Of a stretch of 32,000 nt of DNA, positions 1 to 9,201 are shown one piece after another. The DNA comes from Cereibacter sphaeroides 2.4.1 (GTDB taxonomy: Bacteria; Pseudomonadota; Alphaproteobacteria; Rhodobacterales; Rhodobacteraceae). A program made the translations under genes and the position numbers. The notes beneath the pieces were generated by a model. The model saw only the letters and a list, made by a program, of their open reading frames with translations. It was not told the origin of the DNA and did no database searches. The stretch lies in the NCBI RefSeq assembly GCF_000012905.2, contig NC_007493.2, positions 2,730,001-2,762,000 on the forward strand, written 5' to 3'. The number at the start of each line of letters is the position of its first letter. The stretch's first letter is position 1.

Positions 1-27
1 CCGCGCCCCTGAGCGATCCAGACGCTT

Positions 28-60
28 AAAGAAAAAGGCGCGCCGGAGATCCGGCGCGCC
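28..60 (-). terminator. Rho-independent terminator of mdh
   Basis: There is a perfect 10-bp inverted repeat, ggcgcgccgg (37-46) and ccggcgcgcc (51-60), with a 4-nt loop. On the minus strand it is followed by TTTTTCTTT (28-36). It lies 24 nt downstream of the mdh stop codon. Confidence 0.7.
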
Positions 61-83
61 CTGTGAAACTGCGTTGGACCGAC

Positions 84-1986
<1,903 letters not shown>

Positions 1987-2072
1987 TTTCTGCGCCGCGG
2001 CAAATCAGGACTTGCCGAATATGCCGAAACTGTGCTCCCAAGCGCAAGATTGTTGCTTGGAGGAGAATCGTC

Positions 2073-2930
2073 ATGGCGCATCAGGCTCATCCCTTCCGCT
2101 CCGTGCTCTATATTCCCGGCTCGAAGGAGCGGGCGCTGGAGAAGGCGCAGGGCCTTGCCGCCGATGCGATCATCTTCGATCTCGAGGATGCCGTCGCCCA
2201 TGACGAGAAGATCCACGCGCGCCGGCTCCTGAAGACCACGCTCGAGACCGCCGATTACGGCCATCGCTTCCGCATCGTGCGGGTGAACGGGATGGACACC
2301 GAGTGGGGCCGGGCGGATCTCGAGGCCTTCGCGGAGGCAAAGGCGGACGCGATCCTCATTCCCAAGGTCTCGCGGGCGGCGGATCTGGAGGCGGTGGCGG
2401 CCCTCGTGCCCGACCTGCCGCTCTGGGCCATGATGGAGACGGCGCAGGGCATGCTCAACGCCGCCGAGATCGCGGCCCACCCGCGCCTCTCGGGCATGGT
2501 GATGGGCACGAACGACCTCGCCAAGGAGCTCGGCAGCCGCTACCGGCCCGACCGTCTGGCGATGCAGGCGGGGCTGGGCCTCTGCCTGCTTGCGGCCCGC
2601 GCCCATGGGCTCACCATCGTCGACGGCGTCTACAATGCCTTCAAGGACGAAGAGGGCCTGCGCGCGGAATGCGAGCAGGGCCGCGACATGGGCTTCGACG
2701 GCAAGACGCTGATCCATCCCGCGCAGCTCGAGATCGCGAACGCGGTCTTTTCGCCCTCGCCGGCCGAGATCGAGCTGGCCAACCGCCAGATCGCGGCCTT
2801 CGAGGAGGCAGAACGCCACGGGCAGGGCGTGGCCGTTGTGGATGGCAAGATCGTCGAGAACCTGCATATCGTGACCGCGCGGCAGACTCTGGCCAAGGCC
2901 GAGGCGATTGCCGCGTTCAGGGCAAGCTGA
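2073..2930 (+). CDS. mcl2: HpcH/HpaI-CitE-like CoA-ester enzyme, most likely (3S)-malyl-CoA thioesterase, 285 aa
   Basis: This is the in-frame start MAHQAHPFRSVLYIPGSKERALEKA...IIFDLEDAV within ORF 1242..2930, preceded by a GGAGGA ribosome-binding site at 2059-2064. It has the CitE/malyl-CoA lyase fold signature. The size and the mdh/mch/sdh neighbourhood match what I recall for the R. sphaeroides mcl2 locus. The assignment of thioesterase rather than lyase rests on context only. Confidence 0.7.
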   Translation: MAHQAHPFRSVLYIPGSKERALEKAQGLAADAIIFDLEDAVAHDEKIHARRLLKTTLETADYGHRFRIVRVNGMDTEWGRADLEAFAEAKADAILIPKVSRAADLEAVAALVPDLPLWAMMETAQGMLNAAEIAAHPRLSGMVMGTNDLAKELGSRYRPDRLAMQAGLGLCLLAARAHGLTIVDGVYNAFKDEEGLRAECEQGRDMGFDGKTLIHPAQLEIANAVFSPSPAEIELANRQIAAFEEAERHGQGVAVVDGKIVENLHIVTARQTLAKAEAIAAFRAS

Positions 2931-2938
2931 GGAACGAT

Positions 2939-3493
2939 ATGCTTCTGTTGATCTTGGGGGTCGCGCTCTGGTCCGCGGCCCATTTGTTCAAACGGGTGGC
3001 TCCGGGCCTTCGCCAGCCGCTGGGGAATGCCGGCAAGGGAATTGCCGCACTGCTTCTCGTGGCGTCGCTGGTGATGATGGTGCTGGGCTACCGTCAGGCC
3101 GAGTTCATCCCGGTCTATTCGCCGCCGCCGGGCATCGGGCACGCGAACAACCTCCTGATGCTGATCGGGCTGATCGTCTTCGGCGCCGGCATGTCGAAGG
3201 GCTGGCTCTGGACGAAGATCCGCCACCCGATGCTTTACGGCGTGCTGATCTGGGTCGTGGCGCACCTCCTCGTGAACGGCGACGTGGCCTCGCTGATCCT
3301 GTTCGGCGGCATGGGCCTCTGGGCCGTGGCCGAGATCGTGCTGATCAACCGGCAGACCGCATGGCAGCGCCCCGTCTCGGGCGGGCCGAAGCGCGATCTC
3401 GCCCTCGTGGGCGTGGTTCTGGTGATGTACGGGCTGATCGCCCTCGTCCATATCTGGACGGGCCACAACCCCTTCCTCGGAACCTACGCATGA
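2939..3493 (+). CDS. NnrU-family integral membrane protein, 184 aa
   Basis: The start MLLLILGVALWSAAHLFKR lies within ORF 2303..3493, with a GAGGAA ribosome-binding site at 2929-2934. There are about five hydrophobic helices, and the WxxAHL and VxAHLLxNGD motifs are typical of NnrU/DUF2306-like proteins. Confidence 0.75.
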   Translation: MLLLILGVALWSAAHLFKRVAPGLRQPLGNAGKGIAALLLVASLVMMVLGYRQAEFIPVYSPPPGIGHANNLLMLIGLIVFGAGMSKGWLWTKIRHPMLYGVLIWVVAHLLVNGDVASLILFGGMGLWAVAEIVLINRQTAWQRPVSGGPKRDLALVGVVLVMYGLIALVHIWTGHNPFLGTYA

Positions 3494-3693
3494 AACTCTA
3501 CCGCTACCTGACCGAAGACGACACCGCCGCCTTCTGCCACAAGGTGACCGCCGCCCTGAACAAGGGCTGGCACCTGCATGGCAACCCCTCTTACGCCTTC
3601 GATGCGGCCCGGGGCGTCATGCGCTGCGGTCAGGCGGTGGTGAAGGACGTGCCGGGCACCTACACGCCCGAGACCAAGCTGGGAGACCACTGA
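3490..3693 (+). CDS. DUF1737 domain small protein, 67 aa
   Basis: The sequence MKLYRYLTEDDTAAFCHKVTAALNKGWHLHGNP matches my recollection of the DUF1737 consensus. Its ATG overlaps the preceding stop (ATGA at 3490-3493), and its own stop is immediately followed by the mch ATG. Confidence 0.65.
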   Translation: MKLYRYLTEDDTAAFCHKVTAALNKGWHLHGNPSYAFDAARGVMRCGQAVVKDVPGTYTPETKLGDH

Positions 3694-4725
3694 ATGAAGA
3701 CCAACGCGGGCCGTTTCTTCGAGGATTACCGGCTGGGCGAGACCATCGCCCATGCCGTGCCGCGCACCGTCTCGGGCGGCGAGCGGGCGCTCTATCACGC
3801 GCTCTATCCGGCGCGCCATGCGCTGTCTTCCTCGGATGAATTCGCCCGCGCCTGCGGCCTTCCGGCCGCGCCGGTCGACGAGCTGATGGCCTTTCATCTG
3901 GTGTTCGGCAAGACCGTGCCGGACATCAGCCTGAACGCGGTGGCGAACCTCGGCTATGCCGAGGGACGCTGGCTGAAGCCGGTCTTTCCGGGCGACACGC
4001 TGCGCGCGGAAAGCACCGTCATCGGGTTGAAGGAGAATTCGAACGGCGCTTCGGGCGTGGTCTGGGTCCGCACCCGCGGCCTGAACCAGCAGGGCGAGGC
4101 CGTGCTGTCCTATGTGCGCTGGGTCATGGTGCGCAAGCGCGACACGGCGGCCCCCGCCCCTGCCCCGACCGTGCCCGAGCTTGCGGGATCGGTCGCGGCC
4201 TCGGATCTCGTGATCCCCGAGGGGCTGAGCTTCACCGATTACGACCTGACGCTTGCGGGCGAGCCGCATCGCTGGGGCGACTATGCCGTGGGCGAGAAGA
4301 TCGACCATGTCGATGGCGTCACCGTCGAGGAGAGCGAGCACATGCTCGCGACCCGGCTCTGGCAGAACACGGCCAAGGTGCATTTCGACGCCACCAACCG
4401 CCCCGACGGGCGGCGGCTGATCTACGGCGGCCATGTGATCTCGCTGGCGCGGACCCTGAGCTTCAACGGGCTCGCGAACGCGCAGATGATCGTGGCGCTG
4501 AACGCGGGCGCACATGCCAATCCCTGCTTCGCCGGCGACACGGTGCGGGCCTGGTCGGAGGTGCTCGACAAGGCCGAGACCGCCGATCCGGGCGTGGGGG
4601 CGCTGCGGCTCCGGCTGGTGGCGATGAAGCACGGCACCGAGCCCTTCGTGACCCGGTCGGAGGACGGCAAGTATCTGCCCGGCGTCCTCCTGGATCTCGA
4701 CTACTGGGCGCTCGTGCCACGTTGA
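3694..4725 (+). CDS. mch: MaoC-like double hot-dog hydratase, probable mesaconyl-CoA (2-methylfumaryl-CoA) hydratase, 343 aa
   Basis: This is the full-length ORF. It has a MaoC dehydratase-like sequence with two hot-dog halves. Its size and the adjacent mcl2 are consistent with the ethylmalonyl-CoA pathway Mch of Rhodobacter. Confidence 0.75.
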   Translation: MKTNAGRFFEDYRLGETIAHAVPRTVSGGERALYHALYPARHALSSSDEFARACGLPAAPVDELMAFHLVFGKTVPDISLNAVANLGYAEGRWLKPVFPGDTLRAESTVIGLKENSNGASGVVWVRTRGLNQQGEAVLSYVRWVMVRKRDTAAPAPAPTVPELAGSVAASDLVIPEGLSFTDYDLTLAGEPHRWGDYAVGEKIDHVDGVTVEESEHMLATRLWQNTAKVHFDATNRPDGRRLIYGGHVISLARTLSFNGLANAQMIVALNAGAHANPCFAGDTVRAWSEVLDKAETADPGVGALRLRLVAMKHGTEPFVTRSEDGKYLPGVLLDLDYWALVPR

Positions 4726-4761
4726 CGTGCCCTGCAGGCGCCCCCTGCATGATTGCGCAAA

Positions 4762-4808
4762 CATGTGATCACAGGCCCGCATCTTGTGATCACATGACGA
4801 ATTTTTTT
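4762..4808 (+). terminator. AT-rich 12-bp-stem hairpin plus T7 run; candidate mch terminator and/or sdh operator
   Basis: catgtgatcaca (4762-4773) and tgtgatcacatg (4785-4796) form a perfect inverted repeat with an 11-nt spacer. It is followed after 5 nt by ttttttt (4802-4808). It lies 37 nt after the mch stop and about 140 nt upstream of the sdhC ATG. Confidence 0.45.
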
Positions 4809-4935
4809 GGGTTGATGCCCTATTTTGAAGCGTGAGCCGGGTGCGGCCCTCGTGACTCGGGCAAAAAAACCGCTATTGAGTGACCAGCGAGACAGCCGCC
4901 CCACCCGGCGGGGCCGGCCAGCGAAAGGCAACGAC

Positions 4936-5319
4936 ATGGCTGAAACGAAGCGGGTCGAGCGGCCCCTTTCCCCCCATCTCCAGATCTACCGGGTGCAGCT
5001 GACCTCCACGACCTCGATCTTCACCCGCCTGACCGGGAACGGTCTGATCGTCGGCACGATGCTCGTGACATGGTGGCTGCTCGCCGCGGCGCTGAGCCCC
5101 GAGCAGTTCGAGACGGCCGACTGGGTCCTGACCTCGTGGTTCGGCGACATCGTGCTGCTGCTGTCGGTCTGGGCGCTCTGGTACCACTATCTCGCCGGCC
5201 TGCGGCACCTCTACTGGGACACCGGCAAGGGTCTCGAGATCAAGACCGCCGAGAAGCTGGGCATGGCCTGCATCGGCGGCTCGCTGGTCCTGACCCTCCT
5301 CACCGTCATCATCATCTGA
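4936..5319 (+). CDS. sdhC: Succinate dehydrogenase cytochrome b556 subunit, 127 aa
   Basis: This is the internal ATG of ORF 4825..5319. The sequence MAETKRVERPLSPHLQIYR carries the SdhC RPLSPHLQIY motif and three transmembrane helices. A GAAAGG ribosome-binding site lies upstream. Confidence 0.9.
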   Translation: MAETKRVERPLSPHLQIYRVQLTSTTSIFTRLTGNGLIVGTMLVTWWLLAAALSPEQFETADWVLTSWFGDIVLLLSVWALWYHYLAGLRHLYWDTGKGLEIKTAEKLGMACIGGSLVLTLLTVIII

Positions 5320-5330
5320 AAGGGCGCCCC

Positions 5331-5702
5331 ATGCGTTTCATCACCGCCCGCAAGCGCGCCGAAGGCATGGGTGCCGCCCATCACGGCACCGACCGGCACT
5401 GGTACATGATCGTGAGCGCGGTGGGCCTCGCCGTGCTGATCCCGATCTTCGTGTATATCGTCGGCAACGCCATCGGCGAAGGCCGCGAGCGTGTGCTCGA
5501 GATCTTCTCGCACCCGTTCAATGCGATCCTGTCGGGCCTCGTGCTGTTCTTCGGCATGCGCCACTTCGCAGAAGGCTCGACCATGATGATCGAGGACTAC
5601 TGGCAGGGCGTGCCGCGGCGCCTGCTGGTGATCTGCGCCCAATCCTTCGCCTATGGCGTGGCGGCGATAGGGCTGTTCGCCCTCGCCAAGATCGCCCTCT
5701 GA
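5331..5702 (+). CDS. sdhD: Succinate dehydrogenase hydrophobic membrane anchor subunit, 123 aa
   Basis: The start MRFITARKRAEGMGAAHHGTDRHWYM lies within ORF 5070..5702. It has three transmembrane helices and sits between sdhC and sdhA. Confidence 0.85.
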   Translation: MRFITARKRAEGMGAAHHGTDRHWYMIVSAVGLAVLIPIFVYIVGNAIGEGRERVLEIFSHPFNAILSGLVLFFGMRHFAEGSTMMIEDYWQGVPRRLLVICAQSFAYGVAAIGLFALAKIAL

Positions 5703-5713
5703 GGACCTGAGTA

Positions 5714-7516
5714 ATGGCAGCTTACACTTACGAGACGCATGACTACGACGTCGTGGTGGTGGGCGCCGGCGGCGCCGGCCTCCGCGCGACGCTCGGCATG
5801 GCCGAACAGGGCCTGCGCACCGCCTGCGTCACCAAGGTTTTCCCCACGCGCAGCCACACGGTGGCGGCGCAGGGCGGCATCGCCGCCTCTCTCGCCAACA
5901 TGGGCCCGGACAACTGGCAGTGGCACATGTACGACACCGTGAAAGGGTCGGACTGGCTGGGCGACACGGACGCGATGGAATATCTCGCCCGCGAGGCCCC
6001 GAAGGCGGTCTACGAGCTCGAGCATTACGGCGTGCCCTTCTCGCGTACCGAGGAGGGCAAGATCTACCAGCGCCCGTTCGGCGGCCACACCACCCAGTTC
6101 GGCGAGGGCCCGCCCGTGCAGCGCACCTGCGCCGCGGCCGACCGCACCGGCCACGCGATCCTGCACACGCTCTACGGCCAGTCGGTCAAGAACAACGCCG
6201 AGTTCTTCATCGAATATTTCGCGCTGGATCTCATCATCCAGGACGGCCGCTGCACCGGCGTGGTGGCGTGGAAGCTGGAAGACGGCACGATCCATGTCTT
6301 CAACGCCAAGCTCACGGTTCTGGCCACGGGCGGCTACGGCCGCGCCTACTTCTCGGCCACCTCGGCCCACACCTGCACCGGCGACGGCGGCGGGATGGTG
6401 GCGCGCGCCGGCCTGCCGCTTCAGGACATGGAGTTCGTACAGTTCCACCCGACCGGCATCTACGGCTCGGGCTGCCTCATCACCGAGGGCGCGCGCGGCG
6501 AGGGCGGCTACCTCACCAACTCGAACGGCGAACGGTTCATGGAGCGCTACGCTCCGACCTACAAGGATCTGGCCTCCCGCGACGTGGTCAGCCGCTGCAT
6601 GACGCTCGAGATCCGCGAGGGTCGCGGCGTGGGCGAGCATGGCGACCATATCCACCTGCACCTGAACCACCTGCCGCCCGAGACGCTGGCCCTGCGCCTG
6701 CCGGGCATCTCGGAATCGGCCAAGATCTTCGCGGGGGTCGACCTCCACAAGGAGCCGATCCCGGTGCTGCCGACCGTGCATTACAACATGGGCGGCATCC
6801 CCACCAACTACTGGGGCGAGGTGCTGGCACCCACCGAGGGCGATCCCGACCGCGTCTTCCCCGGCCTGATGGCCGTGGGCGAGGCGGGCTGCGCCTCGGT
6901 GCACGGGGCGAACCGCCTCGGCTCGAACTCGCTCATCGACCTCGTGGTCTTCGGCCGCGCCGCGGCGATCCGCGCGGGCCAGATCGTGAAGCCGCACGAA
7001 TTCCATCCCGACGTGCCGAAGGTCCAGGTGGACGAGATCCTCGGCCGGTTCGACGATCTGCGCCACGCGAACGGCGCGGTGCCGACGGCCGAGCTGCGGC
7101 TCGAGATGCAGCGCACCATGCAGGCCGACGCGGCGGTGTTCCGCACCGACAAGACGCTGGCCGAAGGCGTCGAGAAGATGAAGGGCATCGCGGCGAAGCT
7201 CGGGGACCTGAAGGTCACCGACCGCAGCCTCATCTGGAACTCGGACCTGATGGAGACGCTCGAGCTCACGAACCTCATGCCGAACGCGCTCGCCACCATC
7301 GTCGCGGCCGAGGCGCGCAAGGAGAGCCGCGGGGCCCATGCCCACGAGGACTGGCCCAACCGCGACGACGAGAACTGGCGCGTCCACAGCCTGGCGGTCG
7401 TGAAGGGCAACGAGGTCACGCTGACCACCCGGCCCGTCCATCTCGATCCGCTCACGAAGCAGACCGAGGGCGGGATCGATCTGAAGAAGATCGCCCCCAA
7501 GGCGCGGGTCTACTGA
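5714..7516 (+). CDS. sdhA: Succinate dehydrogenase flavoprotein subunit, 600 aa
   Basis: The protein has the FAD-binding motif [13 protein letters not shown] and the covalent-FAD histidine context [10 protein letters not shown]. The full-length fumarate reductase/SDH flavoprotein sequence is present. Confidence 0.97.
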   Translation: MAAYTYETHDYDVVVVGAGGAGLRATLGMAEQGLRTACVTKVFPTRSHTVAAQGGIAASLANMGPDNWQWHMYDTVKGSDWLGDTDAMEYLAREAPKAVYELEHYGVPFSRTEEGKIYQRPFGGHTTQFGEGPPVQRTCAAADRTGHAILHTLYGQSVKNNAEFFIEYFALDLIIQDGRCTGVVAWKLEDGTIHVFNAKLTVLATGGYGRAYFSATSAHTCTGDGGGMVARAGLPLQDMEFVQFHPTGIYGSGCLITEGARGEGGYLTNSNGERFMERYAPTYKDLASRDVVSRCMTLEIREGRGVGEHGDHIHLHLNHLPPETLALRLPGISESAKIFAGVDLHKEPIPVLPTVHYNMGGIPTNYWGEVLAPTEGDPDRVFPGLMAVGEAGCASVHGANRLGSNSLIDLVVFGRAAAIRAGQIVKPHEFHPDVPKVQVDEILGRFDDLRHANGAVPTAELRLEMQRTMQADAAVFRTDKTLAEGVEKMKGIAAKLGDLKVTDRSLIWNSDLMETLELTNLMPNALATIVAAEARKESRGAHAHEDWPNRDDENWRVHSLAVVKGNEVTLTTRPVHLDPLTKQTEGGIDLKKIAPKARVY

Positions 7517-7836
7517 TGCGCGGCGCGGTCCTCCTCTCCGGTGCCCTCGTCCTCGCCGCCTGCAGCCCGCAGACCGTGGCCGACAGCGTCGCCCGGCGGA
7601 CCGCGCGCACCGTGGTGCTGCCGGTGGTCGAGCAATACATGCCCGGCCCCGCCGCCCAGGGTGTCACCACCTGCATCATCGACAATGCCACCGCGCAGGA
7701 GCTGAATGCGCTCGCCCGCGACGTGGGCGTGCGGGCCGGCACCACGACGGTGCAGAACGTCATGACCGTCGCCACCCGGCCCGAGACCATCCGGTGCCTG
7801 CAGACGAGCGGCCTGCCGCTCCTGCCCGCGGTCTAG
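7516..7836 (+). CDS. Small putative lipoprotein, 106 aa, function unknown
   Basis: The ATG overlaps the sdhA stop (TGATG at 7514-7518). The sequence [16 protein letters not shown] carries a lipobox, and the mature part has two further Cys. Third-codon positions are strongly GC-rich, consistent with real coding. Confidence 0.6.
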   Translation: MRGAVLLSGALVLAACSPQTVADSVARRTARTVVLPVVEQYMPGPAAQGVTTCIIDNATAQELNALARDVGVRAGTTTVQNVMTVATRPETIRCLQTSGLPLLPAV

Positions 7837-7839
7837 CCC

Positions 7840-8118
7840 ATGCGCGCGCTGCCCGCCCTGCCGCTCCTCTGCCTGCTCGCCGCCTGCGGCCCCATGTCGG
7901 TCCAGCGGGCCGAGGAGGTCTGCGCCGAGCGCGCCCGCCTCGCCGAGGCGCCGCGCGGGACGATCGGCGTGGGAGCGGGCAAGGGCGGCATGGTCAGCGA
8001 CCTCGAACTGACCGTGACCTCGGACTATCTCATGGGCCGGGACCCCTCGGCCCTGTTCGACGCCTGCGTCTATCAGAAATCCGGCCAGCCCCCGACGCGG
8101 CCGTTCTACTCCCGCTAA
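7840..8118 (+). CDS. Small putative lipoprotein, 92 aa, function unknown
   Basis: This is the full ORF. The sequence MRALPALPLLCLLAAC carries a lipobox, and the mature part has two further Cys. It starts 3 nt after the previous stop. Third-codon positions are GC-rich. Confidence 0.6.
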   Translation: MRALPALPLLCLLAACGPMSVQRAEEVCAERARLAEAPRGTIGVGAGKGGMVSDLELTVTSDYLMGRDPSALFDACVYQKSGQPPTRPFYSR

Positions 8119-8136
8119 GACCAGAAGGGATGAACC

Positions 8137-8916
8137 ATGGTCCAGCTCACGCTCCCCAAGAATTCCAAGGTCCGCACCGGCAAGACCTGGCCGAAGCCCG
8201 CGGATGCGAAGAACGTCCGCAAGTTCATGATCTACCGCTGGGACCCGGACACGGGCGAGAATCCGCGCGTCGACACCTACTTCCTCGACATGGACAAGTG
8301 CGGGCCGATGGTCCTCGACGCCCTCATCAAGATCAAGAACGAGGTCGACCCCACCCTCACCTTCCGCCGCTCCTGCCGTGAAGGGATCTGCGGCTCCTGC
8401 GCGATGAACATCGACGGCATCAACACGCTGGCCTGCATCTACGGTCTCGACGAGATCAAGGGCGACGTGAAGATCTACCCGCTGCCGCACATGCCGGTGA
8501 TCAAGGACCTGATCCCCGACCTGTCGCTGTTCTACGCCCAGCATGCCTCGATCATGCCCTGGCTCGAGACGAAGACGGTGGAGCCCGCCAAGGAATGGCG
8601 CCAGTCCGTCGAGGACCGGGCGAAGCTCGACGGCCTCTATGAATGCGTCATGTGCGCCTGCTGCTCGACCTCCTGCCCGAGCTACTGGTGGAACGGCGAC
8701 CGCTACCTCGGGCCGGCGGCGCTCCTGCACGCCTACCGCTGGATCGTGGACAGCCGCGACGAGGCCACGCCCGAGCGTCTCGACATGCTCGAGGACCCGT
8801 TCAAGCTCTACCGCTGCCACACGATCATGAACTGCGCCAAGACCTGCCCCAAGGGTCTGAACCCGGCCAAGGCCATCGCCGAAATCAAAAAGATGATGGT
8901 CGAACGCGTCATCTGA
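8137..8916 (+). CDS. sdhB: Succinate dehydrogenase iron-sulfur subunit, 259 aa
   Basis: Three cysteine clusters are present: [21 protein letters not shown] and [20 protein letters not shown] ribosome-binding site lies upstream. Confidence 0.97.
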   Translation: MVQLTLPKNSKVRTGKTWPKPADAKNVRKFMIYRWDPDTGENPRVDTYFLDMDKCGPMVLDALIKIKNEVDPTLTFRRSCREGICGSCAMNIDGINTLACIYGLDEIKGDVKIYPLPHMPVIKDLIPDLSLFYAQHASIMPWLETKTVEPAKEWRQSVEDRAKLDGLYECVMCACCSTSCPSYWWNGDRYLGPAALLHAYRWIVDSRDEATPERLDMLEDPFKLYRCHTIMNCAKTCPKGLNPAKAIAEIKKMMVERVI

Positions 8917-8922
8917 CGTCCA

Positions 8923-8946
8923 GCGGCGCCCGCTTGAGGGCGCCGC
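8923..8946 (+). other. GC-rich 9-bp stem hairpin immediately after sdhB, with no U-tract
   Basis: gcggcgccc (8923-8931) pairs with gggcgccgc (8938-8946) around a 6-nt loop. It begins 7 nt after the sdhB stop and is followed by a C-rich sequence, so it is not a canonical intrinsic terminator. Confidence 0.3.
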
Positions 8947-9136
8947 CCCCTCGCCCTCTCCCGGCCCGTCCCGTCGACCGACACCTGCCGCGCCGCAAGC
9001 GCCCGGCCCGCACCGCCCTGCCCGAACGCGCCTGCCCGTGCCTCCCCCTTCCCCGCTTTCACTCTGCCCAAATATCCTCGGGGGGCGCCGCCCCACCGGG
9101 GCGGCGGAGGGGGGCAGACAGCCCCCCTTCTTCGCC

Positions 9137-9172
9137 AAAAGAGAAGCCTCCGCGGGGAGGACGCGGAGGCTT
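9137..9172 (-). terminator. Intrinsic terminator of the DUF1127 gene, with loop UCCUCCC on the minus strand
   Basis: There is a perfect 11-bp stem, aagcctccgcg (9144-9154) paired with cgcggaggctt (9162-9172), around a 7-nt loop. The minus-strand tail is CUCUUUU (9143-9137). It lies 29 nt downstream of the stop at 9202. Confidence 0.6.
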
Positions 9173-9201
9173 TCCGGCAGCAGAAGCCGCCGCAGAAGGC
9201 C

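Noticed and set aside
3484-4782. A 432-aa minus-strand ORF covering mch, plus other antisense or alternate-frame ORFs at 12190..13452, 12990..14135, 14113..15750, 14249..15196, 15747..16526, 16532..17635, 18904..20121, 23325..24977, 26092..27552, 26166..27788, 28264..30144, 28468..29247, 29970..30962 and 31037..31915.
   Set aside because: Each overlaps a gene with clear family signatures on the other strand or in another frame. Their compositions are dominated by Arg, Gly, Ala, Pro, His and Asp, as is typical of non-coding frames in high-GC DNA. None has a convincing ribosome-binding site or domain.
4764-4794. A possible CRP/FNR-type binding site, because of TGTGA and TCACA pentamers.
   Set aside because: The pentamers are directly abutted (TGTGATCACA) rather than separated by the 6-bp spacer of CRP sites or the TTGAT-N4-ATCAA layout of FNR sites. 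The outer TGTGA...TCACA pair is 21 bp apart. The regulator family was therefore left unassigned, and the element is kept as a finding only as an unassigned palindrome.
4701-4937. A 78-aa minus-strand ORF lying in the mch-sdhC intergenic region.
   Set aside because: It spans the palindrome/T-run element and the AT-rich promoter-like stretch. It has no ribosome-binding site, is very basic and low-complexity, and does not show the GC-rich third-codon pattern of neighbouring genes.
5651-9138. Long minus-strand ORFs (5651..7441, 596 aa; 7510..9138, 542 aa) and the plus-strand 5920..7836 ORF (638 aa) overlapping the sdh genes.
   Set aside because: They are antisense to or out of frame with sdhA and sdhB, which have unambiguous motifs. 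Their translations are Arg/Gly/Ala-rich without domains. Only the last 106 codons of 5920..7836 (from the ATG at 7516) are retained, as the lipoprotein gene.
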